Notes under the pieces: generated by a model | Told to the model about the DNA's origin: nothing | Seen by the model: the letters and a program-made list of their open reading frames with translations, nothing else | Databases searched by the model: none | Translations under genes and position numbers: made by a program | Part shown: positions 11,601 to 26,100 of the stretch, piece by piece | How positions within the stretch are numbered: position 1 is the first letter of the stretch | Layout of the letters: each line of letters opens with the position of its first letter | Source of the DNA: the human T2T-CHM13v2.0 reference genome, Homo sapiens | Strand: one strand, 5' to 3' | Length of the DNA stretch: 64,000 bases | NCBI RefSeq assembly: GCF_009914755.1 | Contig: NC_060927.1

Positions 11601-14600
11601 AGAAAGGTTCAACTCTGTGAGTTGAATGCAGAGATCACAACGTGGTTTCTGCGAATGATTCTTTGTAGTTTTTACATGAAGATATTTCGTTGTCAACCGT
11701 AGGCTTCAAAGCACTCAAAGTATTCACTTGGAACTTTTACAAAAAGAGTGTTAGAAAACTGCTCTTTCCAAAGTAAGGTTCAACTCTGTGAGTTGAATGC
11801 ACACATAACAATCAAGAAGTTTCTGAGAATTCTTCTGTCCTGGTTTATATGAAGAAATCCCGTTTCCAACGAAGGCCTCAAAGACGTTTAAATATCCACT
11901 TGCAGACTTCACAAACAGAGGGTTTCCAAACTGCTCTATGAAAAGAAAGGTTAAACTCTGTGAGTTGAACGCACACATCACAAAGTAGCTTCTGAGAATG
12001 ATACTGTCTAGTTTTTATACGAAGATATTTCCTTTCTACCATTGGCGTCAAAGCGCTAGAATTCTCCACTTGCAAATTCCACAAAAAGAGTGTTTCCAAT
12101 CTGCTCTGTCTAAAGGAAGGTTCAACTCTGTGAGTTGAATACACACACACAAAGAAGCTACTGAGAATTCTTTTGTCAAGAATTACAAGAAGAAATCCCG
12201 TTTCCAACGAAGGCCTCAAAGAGTTCCAAATATCCACTTGCACACTGCACAAACTAAGTCTTTCCAAACTGCTCTATGCAAAGAAATGTTCAACTCTGTG
12301 AGTTTAATACGCACATCACAAAGCAGTTTCTGAGAATGATACTGTCTAGTTTTTATACGAAGATATTTCCTTTTGTACCATTGGCCTCATACTGCTAGAA
12401 TTTTCCACTTGCAAATTCCACAAAAAGAGTGTTTCCAATCCGCTCTGTCTAAAGGAAGGTTCAACTCTCTGATTTGAATACATACATCCCAAAAGAAGTT
12501 CCTGAGAATTCTTCTGTCTAGCATTATGTGAAGAAATCCCGTTTCCAACGAAAGCCTCAAAGAGGTCCAAATATCCAGTTGCAGAATTTACAAACTGACT
12601 GTTTCCAAACTCATCTATGAAAAGAAAGGTTAAACTCTGGGAGTTGAATGCACATATCACAAAGTAGTTCCTGAGAATGATTCTGTCTAGTTTTCATACG
12701 AAGATATTTCCTTTTCCACCAATGGCCTCAAAGTGCTTGAAATCTCCCCTTGCAAATTCCACAGACAAGTGTTTCAAATCTGCACTGTCTAAAGGAAGGT
12801 TCAACCCTGTGAGTTGAATACACACACACAGAAAAAAATTCACTGAGAATTCTATTGTCTATCATTACACGAAGAAATCCCGTTTACTACGAAGGCCTCA
12901 AAGAGGTCCAAATATCCAGCTGCAGACATTACAAACTGAGTGTTTCCAAAGTGCTCTATGAAAAGAAGTGTTAAACACTGTGAGTTCAATGCACACATCC
13001 CAAAGCAGTTTCTGAGAATGATTCCGTCTATTTTTTCTACGAAGATATTTCCTTTTCTGCCGTTGGCCTCAAAGCGCTTGAAATCTCCACTTGCAAATTC
13101 CACAAAAAGAGAGTTTCAAATCTGCTCTGTCTAAAGGAAGGTTCAACTCTGTGAGTTGAATACACACCACAAAAAGAAGTTACTGAGAATTCTTCTGTCT
13201 AGCATTATATGAAAAATCCCGTTTCCAACGAAGGCCACAAAGAGGTCCAAATATCCACTTGCAGATTCTGCAAAAAGAGTGTTTCCAAACTGCTCTATGA
13301 AAAGAAACGTTAAACTCTGTGAGTTGAACGCAAACATCACAAAGTAGTTTCTGAGAATGACTCCGTCTAGTTTTTATACGAAGATATTTCCTTTCCTACC
13401 ATTCACTTCAAAGCGCTTGAAGTCTCCCCCTGAAAATTCCACAAAAAGTGTTTCCAATCTGCTCTGCCTAAAGGAAGCTTCAACTCTGTGACTTGAATAC
13501 CCACAACCCAAAGAAGTTACTGAGAATTCTTCTGTCTAGCATTATATGAAGAAATCCCGTTTCCAACGAAGGCCTCAAATACATCCAAATATCCAGTTGC
13601 TGACTTTACAAACTGAGTGTTTCCAAACTGCTCTATGAAAAGAAAGGTTAAACACTGTGAGTTGAACACACACGTACCAAAGTAGTTTCTGAGAATGATT
13701 CTGTCTAGTTTGCATACGAAGATATTTCCTTTTCTACCATTGGCCTCAAAGCTCTGAAATCTCCACTTGCAAATTCCACAAAAAGAGAGTTTCAAATCTG
13801 CTGTTTCTAAAGGAAAGTTCAACTCTGAGAGTTGAATACACACCAGAAAAAGCAGTTACTGAGAAGTCTTCTGTCTAGCATTATATGAAGAAATCCCATT
13901 TCCAACGAAGACTTCAAAGAGGTCCAAATATCCACTTGCAGATTCTGCAAAAAGAGTGTTTCGAAACAACTGTATGAAAAGAAAGGTTAAACACTGTGAG
14001 TTGAACGCACACATTGCAAAGCAGTTTCTGAGAATGATTCCGTCTAATTATTATACGAAGGTATTTCCTTTTCTATCATTGGCCTCAAAGCGCTTGATAC
14101 CTCCACCTGAAAATTCCACAAAAAGAGTGTTTCCAATCTACTCTGTCTAAAGGAACGTTCAACTCTGTGAGTTGAATACACACACACAGAAAGAATTCAC
14201 TGAGAATTCTTCTGTCTGGCATTACATGAAGAAATCCCGTTTCCAACGAAGGCCTCAAAGAGGTCCAAATATCCACTTGCAGATTCTGCAAAAAGAGTGT
14301 TTCAAAACCGCTCCATTAAAAGGAATGTTGAACTCTGTGAGTTGAATGCAAACATCACAACTCAGTTGCTGAGAATGCTTCTGACTAGATTTTATGGTAA
14401 GATATTTCCTTTTCTACCGTAGGCTTCAATGCCCTCTAAATACACCCTTGCAAATTCTACAAAGAGACTGTTTCATAACTGCTCTATAGGAAGAAAGGTT
14501 CAACTCTGTGAGTTGAATGCAGAGATCACAACGTGGTTTCTGCGAATGATTCTTTGTAGTTTTTACATGAAGATATTTCGTTGTCAACCGTAGGCTTCAA

Positions 14601-17600
14601 AGCACTCAAAGTATTCACTTGGAACTTTTACAAAAAGAGTGTTAGAAAACTGCTCTTTCCAAAGTAAGGTTCAACTCTGTGAGTTGAATGCACACATAAC
14701 AATCAAGAAGTTTCTGAGAATTCTTCTGTCCTGGTTTATATGAAGAAATCCCGTTTCCGACGAAGGCCTCAAAGACGTTTAAATATCCACTTGCAGACTT
14801 CACAAACAGAGGGTTTCCAAACTGCTCTATGAAAAGAAAGGTTAAACTCTGTGAGTTGAACGCACACATCACAAAGTAGCTTCTGAGAATGATACTGTCT
14901 AGTTTTTATACGAAGATATTTCCTTTCTACCATTGGCGTCAAAGCGCTAGAATTCTCCACTTGCAAATTCCACAAAAAGAGTGTTTCCAATCTGCTCTGT
15001 CTAAAGGAAGGTTCAACTCTGTGAGTTGAATACACACACACAAAGAAGCTACTGAGAATTCTTTTGTCAAGAATTACAAGAAGAAATCCCGTTTCCAACG
15101 AAGGCCTCAAAGAGTTCCAAATATCCACTTGCACACTGCACAAACTAAGTCTTTCCAAACTGCTCTATGCAAAGAAATGTTCAACTCTGTGAGTTTAATA
15201 CGCACATCACAAAGCAGTTTCTGAGAATGATACTGTCTAGTTTTTATACGAAGATATTTCCTTTTGTACCATTGGCCTCATACTGCTAGAATTTTCCACT
15301 TGCAAATTCCACAAAAAGAGTGTTTCCAATCCGCTCTGTCTAAAGGAAGGTTCAACTCTCTGATTTGAATACATACATCCCAAAAGAAGTTCCTGAGAAT
15401 TCTTCTGTCTAGCATTATGTGAAGAAATCCCGTTTCCAACGAAAGCCTCAAAGAGGTCCAAATATCCAGTTGCAGAATTTACAAACTGACTGTTTCCAAA
15501 CTCATCTATGAAAAGAAAGGTTAAACTCTGGGAGTTGAATGCACATATCACAAAGTAGTTCCTGAGAATGATTCTGTCTAGTTTTCATACGAAGATATTT
15601 CCTTTTCCACCAATGGCCTCAAAGTGCTTGAAATCTCCCCTTGCAAATTCCACAGACAAGTGTTTCAAATCTGCACTGTCTAAAGGAAGGTTCAACCCTG
15701 TGAGTTGAATACACACACACAGAAAAAAATTCACTGAGAATTCTATTGTCTATCATTACACGAAGAAATCCCGTTTACTACGAAGGCCTCAAAGAGGTCC
15801 AAATATCCAGCTGCAGACATTACAAACTGAGTGTTTCCAAAGTGCTCTATGAAAAGAAGTGTTAAACACTGTGAGTTCAATGCACACATCCCAAAGCAGT
15901 TTCTGAGAATGATTCCGTCTATTTTTTCTACGAAGATATTTCCTTTTCTGCCGTTGGCCTCAAAGCGCTTGAAATCTCCACTTGCAAATTCCACAAAAAG
16001 AGAGTTTCAAATCTGCTCTGTCTAAAGGAAGGTTCAACTCTGTGAGTTGAATACACACCACAAAAAGAAGTTACTGAGAATTCTTCTGTCTAGCATTATA
16101 TGAAAAATCCCGTTTCCAACGAAGGCCACAAAGAGGTCCAAATATCCACTTGCAGATTCTGCAAAAAGAGTGTTTCCAAACTGCTCTATGAAAAGAAACG
16201 TTAAACTCTGTGAGTTGAACGCAAACATCACAAAGTAGTTTCTGAGAATGACTCCGTCTAGTTTTTATACGAAGATATTTCCTTTCCTACCATTCACTTC
16301 AAAGCGCTTGAAGTCTCCCCCTGAAAATTCCACAAAAAGTGTTTCCAATCTGCTCTGCCTAAAGGAAGCTTCAACTCTGTGACTTGAATACCCACAACCC
16401 AAAGAAGTTACTGAGAATTCTTCTGTCTAGCATTATATGAAGAAATCCCGTTTCCAACGAAGGCCTCAAATACATCCAAATATCCAGTTGCTGACTTTAC
16501 AAACTGAGTGTTTCCAAACTGCTCTATGAAAAGAAAGGTTAAACACTGTGAGTTGAACACACACGTACCAAAGTAGTTTCTGAGAATGATTCTGTCTAGT
16601 TTGCATACGAAGATATTTCCTTTTCTACCATTGGCCTCAAAGCTCTGAAATCTCCACTTGCAAATTCCACAAAAAGAGAGTTTCAAATCTGCTGTTTCTA
16701 AAGGAAAGTTCAACTCTGAGAGTTGAATACACACCAGAAAAAGCAGTTACTGAGAAGTCTTCTGTCTAGCATTATATGAAGAAATCCCATTTCCAACGAA
16801 GACTTCAAAGAGGTCCAAATATCCACTTGCAGATTCTGCAAAAAGAGTGTTTCGAAACAACTGTATGAAAAGAAAGGTTAAACACTGTGAGTTGAACGCA
16901 CACATTGCAAAGCAGTTTCTGAGAATGATTCCGTCTAATTATTATACGAAGGTATTTCCTTTTCTATCATTGGCCTCAAAGCGCTTGATACCTCCACCTG
17001 AAAATTCCACAAAAAGAGTGTTTCCAATCTACTCTGTCTAAAGGAACGTTCAACTCTGTGAGTTGAATACACACACACAGAAAGAATTCACTGAGAATTC
17101 TTCTGTCTGGCATTACATGAAGAAATCCCGTTTCCAACGAAGGCCTCAAAGAGGTCCAAATATCCACTTGCAGATTCTGCAAAAAGAGTGTTTCAAAACC
17201 GCTCCATTAAAAGGAATGTTGAACTCTGTGAGTTGAATGCAAACATCACAACTCAGTTGCTGAGAATGCTTCTGACTAGATTTTATGGTAAGATATTTCC
17301 TTTTCTACCGTAGGCTTCAATGCCCTCTAAATACACCCTTGCAAATTCTACAAAGAGACTGTTTCATAACTGCTCTATAGGAAGAAAGGTTCAACTCTGT
17401 GAGTTGAATGCAGAGATCACAACGTGGTTTCTGCGAATGATTCTTTGTAGTTTTTACATGAAGATATTTCGTTGTCAACCGTAGGCTTCAAAGCACTCAA
17501 AGTATTCACTTGGAACTTTTACAAAAAGAGTGTTAGAAAACTGCTCTTTCCAAAGTAAGGTTCAACTCTGTGAGTTGAATGCACACATAACAATCAAGAA

Positions 17601-20600
17601 GTTTCTGAGAATTCTTCTGTCCTGGTTTATATGAAGAAATCCCGTTTCCAACGAAGGCCTCAAAGACGTTTAAATATCCACTTGCAGACTTCACAAACAG
17701 AGGGTTTCCAAACTGCTCTATGAAAAGAAAGGTTAAACTCTGTGAGTTGAACGCACACATCACAAAGTAGCTTCTGAGAATGATACTGTCTAGTTTTTAT
17801 ACGAAGATATTTCCTTTCTACCATTGGCGTCAAAGCGCTAGAATTCTCCACTTGCAAATTCCACAAAAAGAGTGTTTCCAATCTGCTCTGTCTAAAGGAA
17901 GGTTCAACTCTGTGAGTTGAATACACACACACAAAGAAGCTACTGAGAATTCTTTTGTCAAGAATTACAAGAAGAAATCCCGTTTCCAACGAAGGCCTCA
18001 AAGAGTTCCAAATATCCACTTGCACACTGCACAAACTAAGTCTTTCCAAACTGCTCTATGCAAAGAAATGTTCAACTCTGTGAGTTTAATACGCACATCA
18101 CAAAGCAGTTTCTGAGAATGATACTGTCTAGTTTTTATACGAAGATATTTCCTTTTGTACCATTGGCCTCATACTGCTAGAATTTTCCACTTGCAAATTC
18201 CACAAAAAGAGTGTTTCCAATCCGCTCTGTCTAAAGGAAGGTTCAACTCTCTGATTTGAATACATACATCCCAAAAGAAGTTCCTGAGAATTCTTCTGTC
18301 TAGCATTATGTGAAGAAATCCCGTTTCCAACGAAAGCCTCAAAGAGGTCCAAATATCCAGTTGCAGAATTTACAAACTGACTGTTTCCAAACTCATCTAT
18401 GAAAAGAAAGGTTAAACTCTGGGAGTTGAATGCACATATCACAAAGTAGTTCCTGAGAATGATTCTGTCTAGTTTTCATACGAAGATATTTCCTTTTCCA
18501 CCAATGGCCTCAAAGTGCTTGAAATCTCCCCTTGCAAATTCCACAGACAAGTGTTTCAAATCTGCACTGTCTAAAGGAAGGTTCAACCCTGTGAGTTGAA
18601 TACACACACACAGAAAAAAATTCACTGAGAATTCTATTGTCTATCATTACACGAAGAAATCCCGTTTACTACGAAGGCCTCAAAGAGGTCCAAATATCCA
18701 GCTGCAGACATTACAAACTGAGTGTTTCCAAAGTGCTCTATGAAAAGAAGTGTTAAACACTGTGAGTTCAATGCACACATCCCAAAGCAGTTTCTGAGAA
18801 TGATTCCGTCTATTTTTTCTACGAAGATATTTCCTTTTCTGCCGTTGGCCTCAAAGCGCTTGAAATCTCCACTTGCAAATTCCACAAAAAGAGAGTTTCA
18901 AATCTGCTCTGTCTAAAGGAAGGTTCAACTCTGTGAGTTGAATACACACCACAAAAAGAAGTTACTGAGAATTCTTCTGTCTAGCATTATATGAAAAATC
19001 CCGTTTCCAACGAAGGCCACAAAGAGGTCCAAATATCCACTTGCAGATTCTGCAAAAAGAGTGTTTCCAAACTGCTCTATGAAAAGAAACGTTAAACTCT
19101 GTGAGTTGAACGCAAACATCACAAAGTAGTTTCTGAGAATGACTCCGTCTAGTTTTTATACGAAGATATTTCCTTTCCTACCATTCACTTCAAAGCGCTT
19201 GAAGTCTCCCCCTGAAAATTCCACAAAAAGTGTTTCCAATCTGCTCCGCCTAAAGGAAGCTTCAACTCTGTGACTTGAATACCCACAACCCAAAGAAGTT
19301 ACTGAGAATTCTTCTGTCTAGCATTATATGAAGAAATCCCGTTTCCAACGAAGGCCTCAAATACATCCAAATATCCAGTTGCTGACTTTACAAACTGAGT
19401 GTTTCCAAACTGCTCTATGAAAAGAAAGGTTAAACACTGTGAGTTGAACACACACGTACCAAAGTAGTTTCTGAGAATGATTCTGTCTAGTTTGCATACG
19501 AAGATATTTCCTTTTCTACCATTGGCCTCAAAGCTCTGAAATCTCCACTTGCAAATTCCACAAAAAGAGAGTTTCAAATCTGCTGTTTCTAAAGGAAAGT
19601 TCAACTCTGAGAGTTGAATACACACCAGAAAAAGCAGTTACTGAGAAGTCTTCTGTCTAGCATTATATGAAGAAATCCCATTTCCAACGAAGACTTCAAA
19701 GAGGTCCAAATATCCACTTGCAGATTCTGCAAAAAGAGTGTTTCGAAACAACTGTATGAAAAGAAAGGTTAAACACTGTGAGTTGAACGCACACATTGCA
19801 AAGCAGTTTCTGAGAATGATTCCGTCTAATTATTATACGAAGGTATTTCCTTTTCTATCATTGGCCTCAAAGCGCTTGATACCTCCACCTGAAAATTCCA
19901 CAAAAAGAGTGTTTCCAATCTACTCTGTCTAAAGGAACGTTCAACTCTGTGAGTTGAATACACACACACAGAAAGAATTCACTGAGAATTCTTCTGTCTG
20001 GCATTACATGAAGAAATCCCGTTTCCAACGAAGGCCTCAAAGAGGTCCAAATATCCACTTGCAGATTCTGCAAAAAGAGTGTTTCAAAACCGCTCCATTA
20101 AAAGGAATGTTGAACTCTGTGAGTTGAATGCAAACATCACAACTCAGTTGCTGAGAATGCTTCTGACTAGATTTTATGGTAAGATATTTCCTTTTCTACC
20201 GTAGGCTTCAATGCCCTCTAAATACACCCTTGCAAATTCTACAAAGAGACTGTTTCATAACTGCTCTATAGGAAGAAAGGTTCAACTCTGTGAGTTGAAT
20301 GCAGAGATCACAACGTGGTTTCTGCGAATGATTCTTTGTAGTTTTTACATGAAGATATTTCGTTGTCAACCGTAGGCTTCAAAGCACTCAAAGTATTCAC
20401 TTGGAACTTTTACAAAAAGAGTGTTAGAAAACTGCTCTTTCCAAAGTAAGGTTCAACTCTGTGAGTTGAATGCACACATAACAATCAAGAAGTTTCTGAG
20501 AATTCTTCTGTCCTGGTTTATATGAAGAAATCCCGTTTCCGACGAAGGCCTCAAAGACGTTTAAATATCCACTTGCAGACTTCACAAACAGAGGGTTTCC

Positions 20601-23128
20601 AAACTGCTCTATGAAAAGAAAGGTTAAACTCTGTGAGTTGAACGCACACATCACAAAGTAGCTTCTGAGAATGATACTGTCTAGTTTTTATACGAAGATA
20701 TTTCCTTTCTACCATTGGCGTCAAAGCGCTAGAATTCTCCACTTGCAAATTCCACAAAAAGAGTGTTTCCAATCTGCTCTGTCTAAAGGAAGGTTCAACT
20801 CTGTGAGTTGAATACACACACACAAAGAAGCTACTGAGAATTCTTTTGTCAAGAATTACAAGAAGAAATCCCGTTTCCAACGAAGGCCTCAAAGAGTTCC
20901 AAATATCCACTTGCACACTGCACAAACTAAGTCTTTCCAAACTGCTCTATGCAAAGAAATGTTCAACTCTGTGAGTTTAATACGCACATCACAAAGCAGT
21001 TTCTGAGAATGATACTGTCTAGTTTTTATACGAAGATATTTCCTTTTGTACCATTGGCCTCATACTGCTAGAATTTTCCACTTGCAAATTCCACAAAAAG
21101 AGTGTTTCCAATCCGCTCTGTCTAAAGGAAGGTTCAACTCTCTGATTTGAATACATACATCCCAAAAGAAGTTCCTGAGAATTCTTCTGTCTAGCATTAT
21201 GTGAAGAAATCCCGTTTCCAACGAAAGCCTCAAAGAGGTCCAAATATCCAGTTGCAGAATTTACAAACTGACTGTTTCCAAACTCATCTATGAAAAGAAA
21301 GGTTAAACTCTGGGAGTTGAATGCACATATCACAAAGTAGTTCCTGAGAATGATTCTGTCTAGTTTTCATACGAAGATATTTCCTTTTCCACCAATGGCC
21401 TCAAAGTGCTTGAAATCTCCCCTTGCAAATTCCACAGACAAGTGTTTCAAATCTGCACTGTCTAAAGGAAGGTTCAACCCTGTGAGTTGAATACACACAC
21501 ACAGAAAAAAATTCACTGAGAATTCTATTGTCTATCATTACACGAAGAAATCCCGTTTACTACGAAGGCCTCAAAGAGGTCCAAATATCCAGCTGCAGAC
21601 ATTACAAACTGAGTGTTTCCAAAGTGCTCTATGAAAAGAAGTGTTAAACACTGTGAGTTCAATGCACACATCCCAAAGCAGTTTCTGAGAATGATTCCGT
21701 CTATTTTTTCTACGAAGATATTTCCTTTTCTGCCGTTGGCCTCAAAGCGCTTGAAATCTCCACTTGCAAATTCCACAAAAAGAGAGTTTCAAATCTGCTC
21801 TGTCTAAAGGAAGGTTCAACTCTGTGAGTTGAATACACACCACAAAAAGAAGTTACTGAGAATTCTTCTGTCTAGCATTATATGAAAAATCCCGTTTCCA
21901 ACGAAGGCCACAAAGAGGTCCAAATATCCACTTGCAGATTCTGCAAAAAGAGTGTTTCCAAACTGCTCTATGAAAAGAAACGTTAAACTCTGTGAGTTGA
22001 ACGCAAACATCACAAAGTAGTTTCTGAGAATGACTCCGTCTAGTTTTTATACGAAGATATTTCCTTTCCTACCATTCACTTCAAAGCGCTTGAAGTCTCC
22101 CCCTGAAAATTCCACAAAAAGTGTTTCCAATCTGCTCTGCCTAAAGGAAGCTTCAACTCTGTGACTTGAATACCCACAACCCAAAGAAGTTACTGAGAAT
22201 TCTTCTGTCTAGCATTATATGAAGAAATCCCGTTTCCAACGAAGGCCTCAAATACATCCAAATATCCAGTTGCTGACTTTACAAACTGAGTGTTTCCAAA
22301 CTGCTCTATGAAAAGAAAGGTTAAACACTGTGAGTTGAACACACACGTACCAAAGTAGTTTCTGAGAATGATTCTGTCTAGTTTGCATACGAAGATATTT
22401 CCTTTTCTACCATTGGCCTCAAAGCTCTGAAATCTCCACTTGCAAATTCCACAAAAAGAGAGTTTCAAATCTGCTGTTTCTAAAGGAAAGTTCAACTCTG
22501 AGAGTTGAATACACACCAGAAAAAGCAGTTACTGAGAAGTCTTCTGTCTAGCATTATATGAAGAAATCCCATTTCCAACGAAGACTTCAAAGAGGTCCAA
22601 ATATCCACTTGCAGATTCTGCAAAAAGAGTGTTTCGAAACAACTGTATGAAAAGAAAGGTTAAACACTGTGAGTTGAACGCACACATTGCAAAGCAGTTT
22701 CTGAGAATGATTCCGTCTAATTATTATACGAAGGTATTTCCTTTTCTATCATTGGCCTCAAAGCGCTTGATACCTCCACCTGAAAATTCCACAAAAAGAG
22801 TGTTTCCAATCTACTCTGTCTAAAGGAACGTTCAACTCTGTGAGTTGAATACACACACACAGAAAGAATTCACTGAGAATTCTTCTGTCTGGCATTACAT
22901 GAAGAAATCCCGTTTCCAACGAAGGCCTCAAAGAGGTCCAAATATCCACTTGCAGATTCTGCAAAAAGAGTGTTTCAAAACCGCTCCATTAAAAGGAATG
23001 TTGAACTCTGTGAGTTGAATGCAAACATCACAACTCAGTTGCTGAGAATGCTTCTGACTAGATTTTATGGTAAGATATTTCCTTTTCTACCGTAGGCTTC
23101 AATGCCCTCTAAATACACCCTTGCAAAT
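8674..23128 (-). repeat. Haplotype block of HOR copies 4-8 (marker C at offset 937)
   Basis: gaagttCctgag at 9610, 12501, 15392, 18283 and 21174. The SNV removes a minus-strand stop, producing the extra 104-aa ORF seen only in these copies and copy 11. Confidence 0.9.
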
Positions 23129-26100
23129 TCTACAAAGAGACTGTTTCATAACTGCTCTATAGGAAGAAAGGTTCAACTCTGTGAGTTGAATGCAGAGATC
23201 ACAACGTGGTTTCTGCGAATGATTCTTTGTAGTTTTTACATGAAGATATTTCGTTGTCAACCGTAGGCTTCAAAGCACTCAAAGTATTCACTTGGAACTT
23301 TTACAAAAAGAGTGTTAGAAAACTGCTCTTTCCAAAGTAAGGTTCAACTCTGTGAGTTGAATGCACACATAACAATCAAGAAGTTTCTGAGAATTCTTCT
23401 GTCCTGGTTTATATGAAGAAATCCCGTTTCCAACGAAGGCCTCAAAGACGTTTAAATATCCACTTGCAGACTTCACAAACAGAGGGTTTCCAAACTGCTC
23501 TATGAAAAGAAAGGTTAAACTCTGTGAGTTGAACGCACACATCACAAAGTAGCTTCTGAGAATGATACTGTCTAGTTTTTATACGAAGATATTTCCTTTC
23601 TACCATTGGCGTCAAAGCGCTAGAATTCTCCACTTGCAAATTCCACAAAAAGAGTGTTTCCAATCTGCTCTGTCTAAAGGAAGGTTCAACTCTGTGAGTT
23701 GAATACACACACACAAAGAAGCTACTGAGAATTCTTTTGTCAAGAATTACAAGAAGAAATCCCGTTTCCAACGAAGGCCTCAAAGAGTTCCAAATATCCA
23801 CTTGCACACTGCACAAACTAAGTCTTTCCAAACTGCTCTATGCAAAGAAATGTTCAACTCTGTGAGTTTAATACGCACATCACAAAGCAGTTTCTGAGAA
23901 TGATACTGTCTAGTTTTTATACGAAGATATTTCCTTTTGTACCATTGGCCTCATACTGCTAGAATTTTCCACTTGCAAATTCCACAAAAAGAGTGTTTCC
24001 AATCCGCTCTGTCTAAAGGAAGGTTCAACTCTCTGATTTGAATACATACATCCCAAAAGAAGTTACTGAGAATTCTTCTGTCTAGCATTATGTGAAGAAA
24101 TCCCGTTTCCAACGAAAGCCTCAAAGAGGTCCAAATATCCAGTTGCAGAATTTACAAACTGACTGTTTCCAAACTCATCTATGAAAAGAAAGGTTAAACT
24201 CTGGGAGTTGAATGCACATATCACAAAGTAGTTCCTGAGAATGATTCTGTCTAGTTTTTATACGAAGATATTTCCTTTTCCACCAATGGCCTCAAAGTGC
24301 TTGAAATCTCCCCTTGCAAATTCCACAGACAAGTGTTTCAAATCTGCACTGTCTAAAGGAAGGTTCAACCCTGTGAGTTGAATACACACACACAGAAAAA
24401 AATTCACTGAGAATTCTATTGTCTATCATTACACGAAGAAATCCCGTTTACTACGAAGGCCTCAAAGAGGTCCAAATATCCAGCTGCAGACATTACAAAC
24501 TGAGTGTTTCCAAAGTGCTCTATGAAAAGAAGTGTTAAACACTGTGAGTTCAATGCACACATCCCAAAGCAGTTTCTGAGAATGATTCCGTCTATTTTTT
24601 CTACGAAGATATTTCCTTTTCTGCCGTTGGCCTCAAAGCGCTTGAAATCTCCACTTGCAAATTCCACAAAAAGAGAGTTTCAAATCTGCTCTGTCTAAAG
24701 GAAGGTTCAACTCTGTGAGTTGAATACACACCACAAAAAGAAGTTACTGAGAATTCTTCTGTCTAGCATTATATGAAAAATCCCGTTTCCAACGAAGGCC
24801 ACAAAGAGGTCCAAATATCCACTTGCAGATTCTGCAAAAAGAGTGTTTCCAAACTGCTCTATGAAAAGAAACGTTAAACTCTGTGAGTTGAACGCAAACA
24901 TCACAAAGTAGTTTCTGAGAATGACTCCGTCTAGTTTTTATACGAAGATATTTCCTTTCCTACCATTCACTTCAAAGCGCTTGAAGTCTCCCCCTGAAAA
25001 TTCCACAAAAAGTGTTTCCAATCTGCTCCGCCTAAAGGAAGCTTCAACTCTGTGACTTGAATACCCACAACCCAAAGAAGTTACTGAGAATTCTTCTGTC
25101 TAGCATTATATGAAGAAATCCCGTTTCCAACGAAGGCCTCAAATACATCCAAATATCCAGTTGCTGACTTTACAAACTGAGTGTTTCCAAACTGCTCTAT
25201 GAAAAGAAAGGTTAAACACTGTGAGTTGAACACACACGTACCAAAGTAGTTTCTGAGAATGATTCTGTCTAGTTTGCATACGAAGATATTTCCTTTTCTA
25301 CCATTGGCCTCAAAGCTCTGAAATCTCCACTTGCAAATTCCACAAAAAGAGAGTTTCAAATCTGCTGTTTCTAAAGGAAAGTTCAACTCTGAGAGTTGAA
25401 TACACACCAGAAAAAGCAGTTACTGAGAAGTCTTCTGTCTAGCATTATATGAAGAAATCCCATTTCCAACGAAGACTTCAAAGAGGTCCAAATATCCACT
25501 TGCAGATTCTGCAAAAAGAGTGTTTCGAAACAACTGTATGAAAAGAAAGGTTAAACACTGTGAGTTGAACGCACACATTGCAAAGCGGTTTCTGAGAATG
25601 ATTCCGTCTAATTATTATACGAAGGTATTTCCTTTTCTATCATTGGCCTCAAAGCGCTTGATACCTCCACCTGAAAATTCCACAAAAAGAGTGTTTCCAA
25701 TCTACTCTGTCTAAAGGAACGTTCAACTCTGTGAGTTGAATACACACACACAGAAAGAATTCACTGAGAATTCTTCTGTCTGGCATTACGTGAAGAAATC
25801 CCGTTTCCAACGAAGGCCTCAAAGAGGTCCAAATATCCACTTGCAGATTCTGCAAAAAGAGTGTTTCAAAACCGCTCCATTAAAAGGAATGTTGAACTCT
25901 GTGAGTTGAATGCAAACATCACAACTCAGTTGCTGAGAATGCTTCTGACTAGATTTTATGGTAAGATATTTCCTTTTCTACCGTAGGCTTCAATGCCCTC
26001 TAAATACACCCTTGCAAATTCTACAAAGAGACTGTTTCATAACTGCTCTATAGGAAGAAAGGTTCAACTCTGTGAGTTGAATGCAGAGATCACAACGTGG

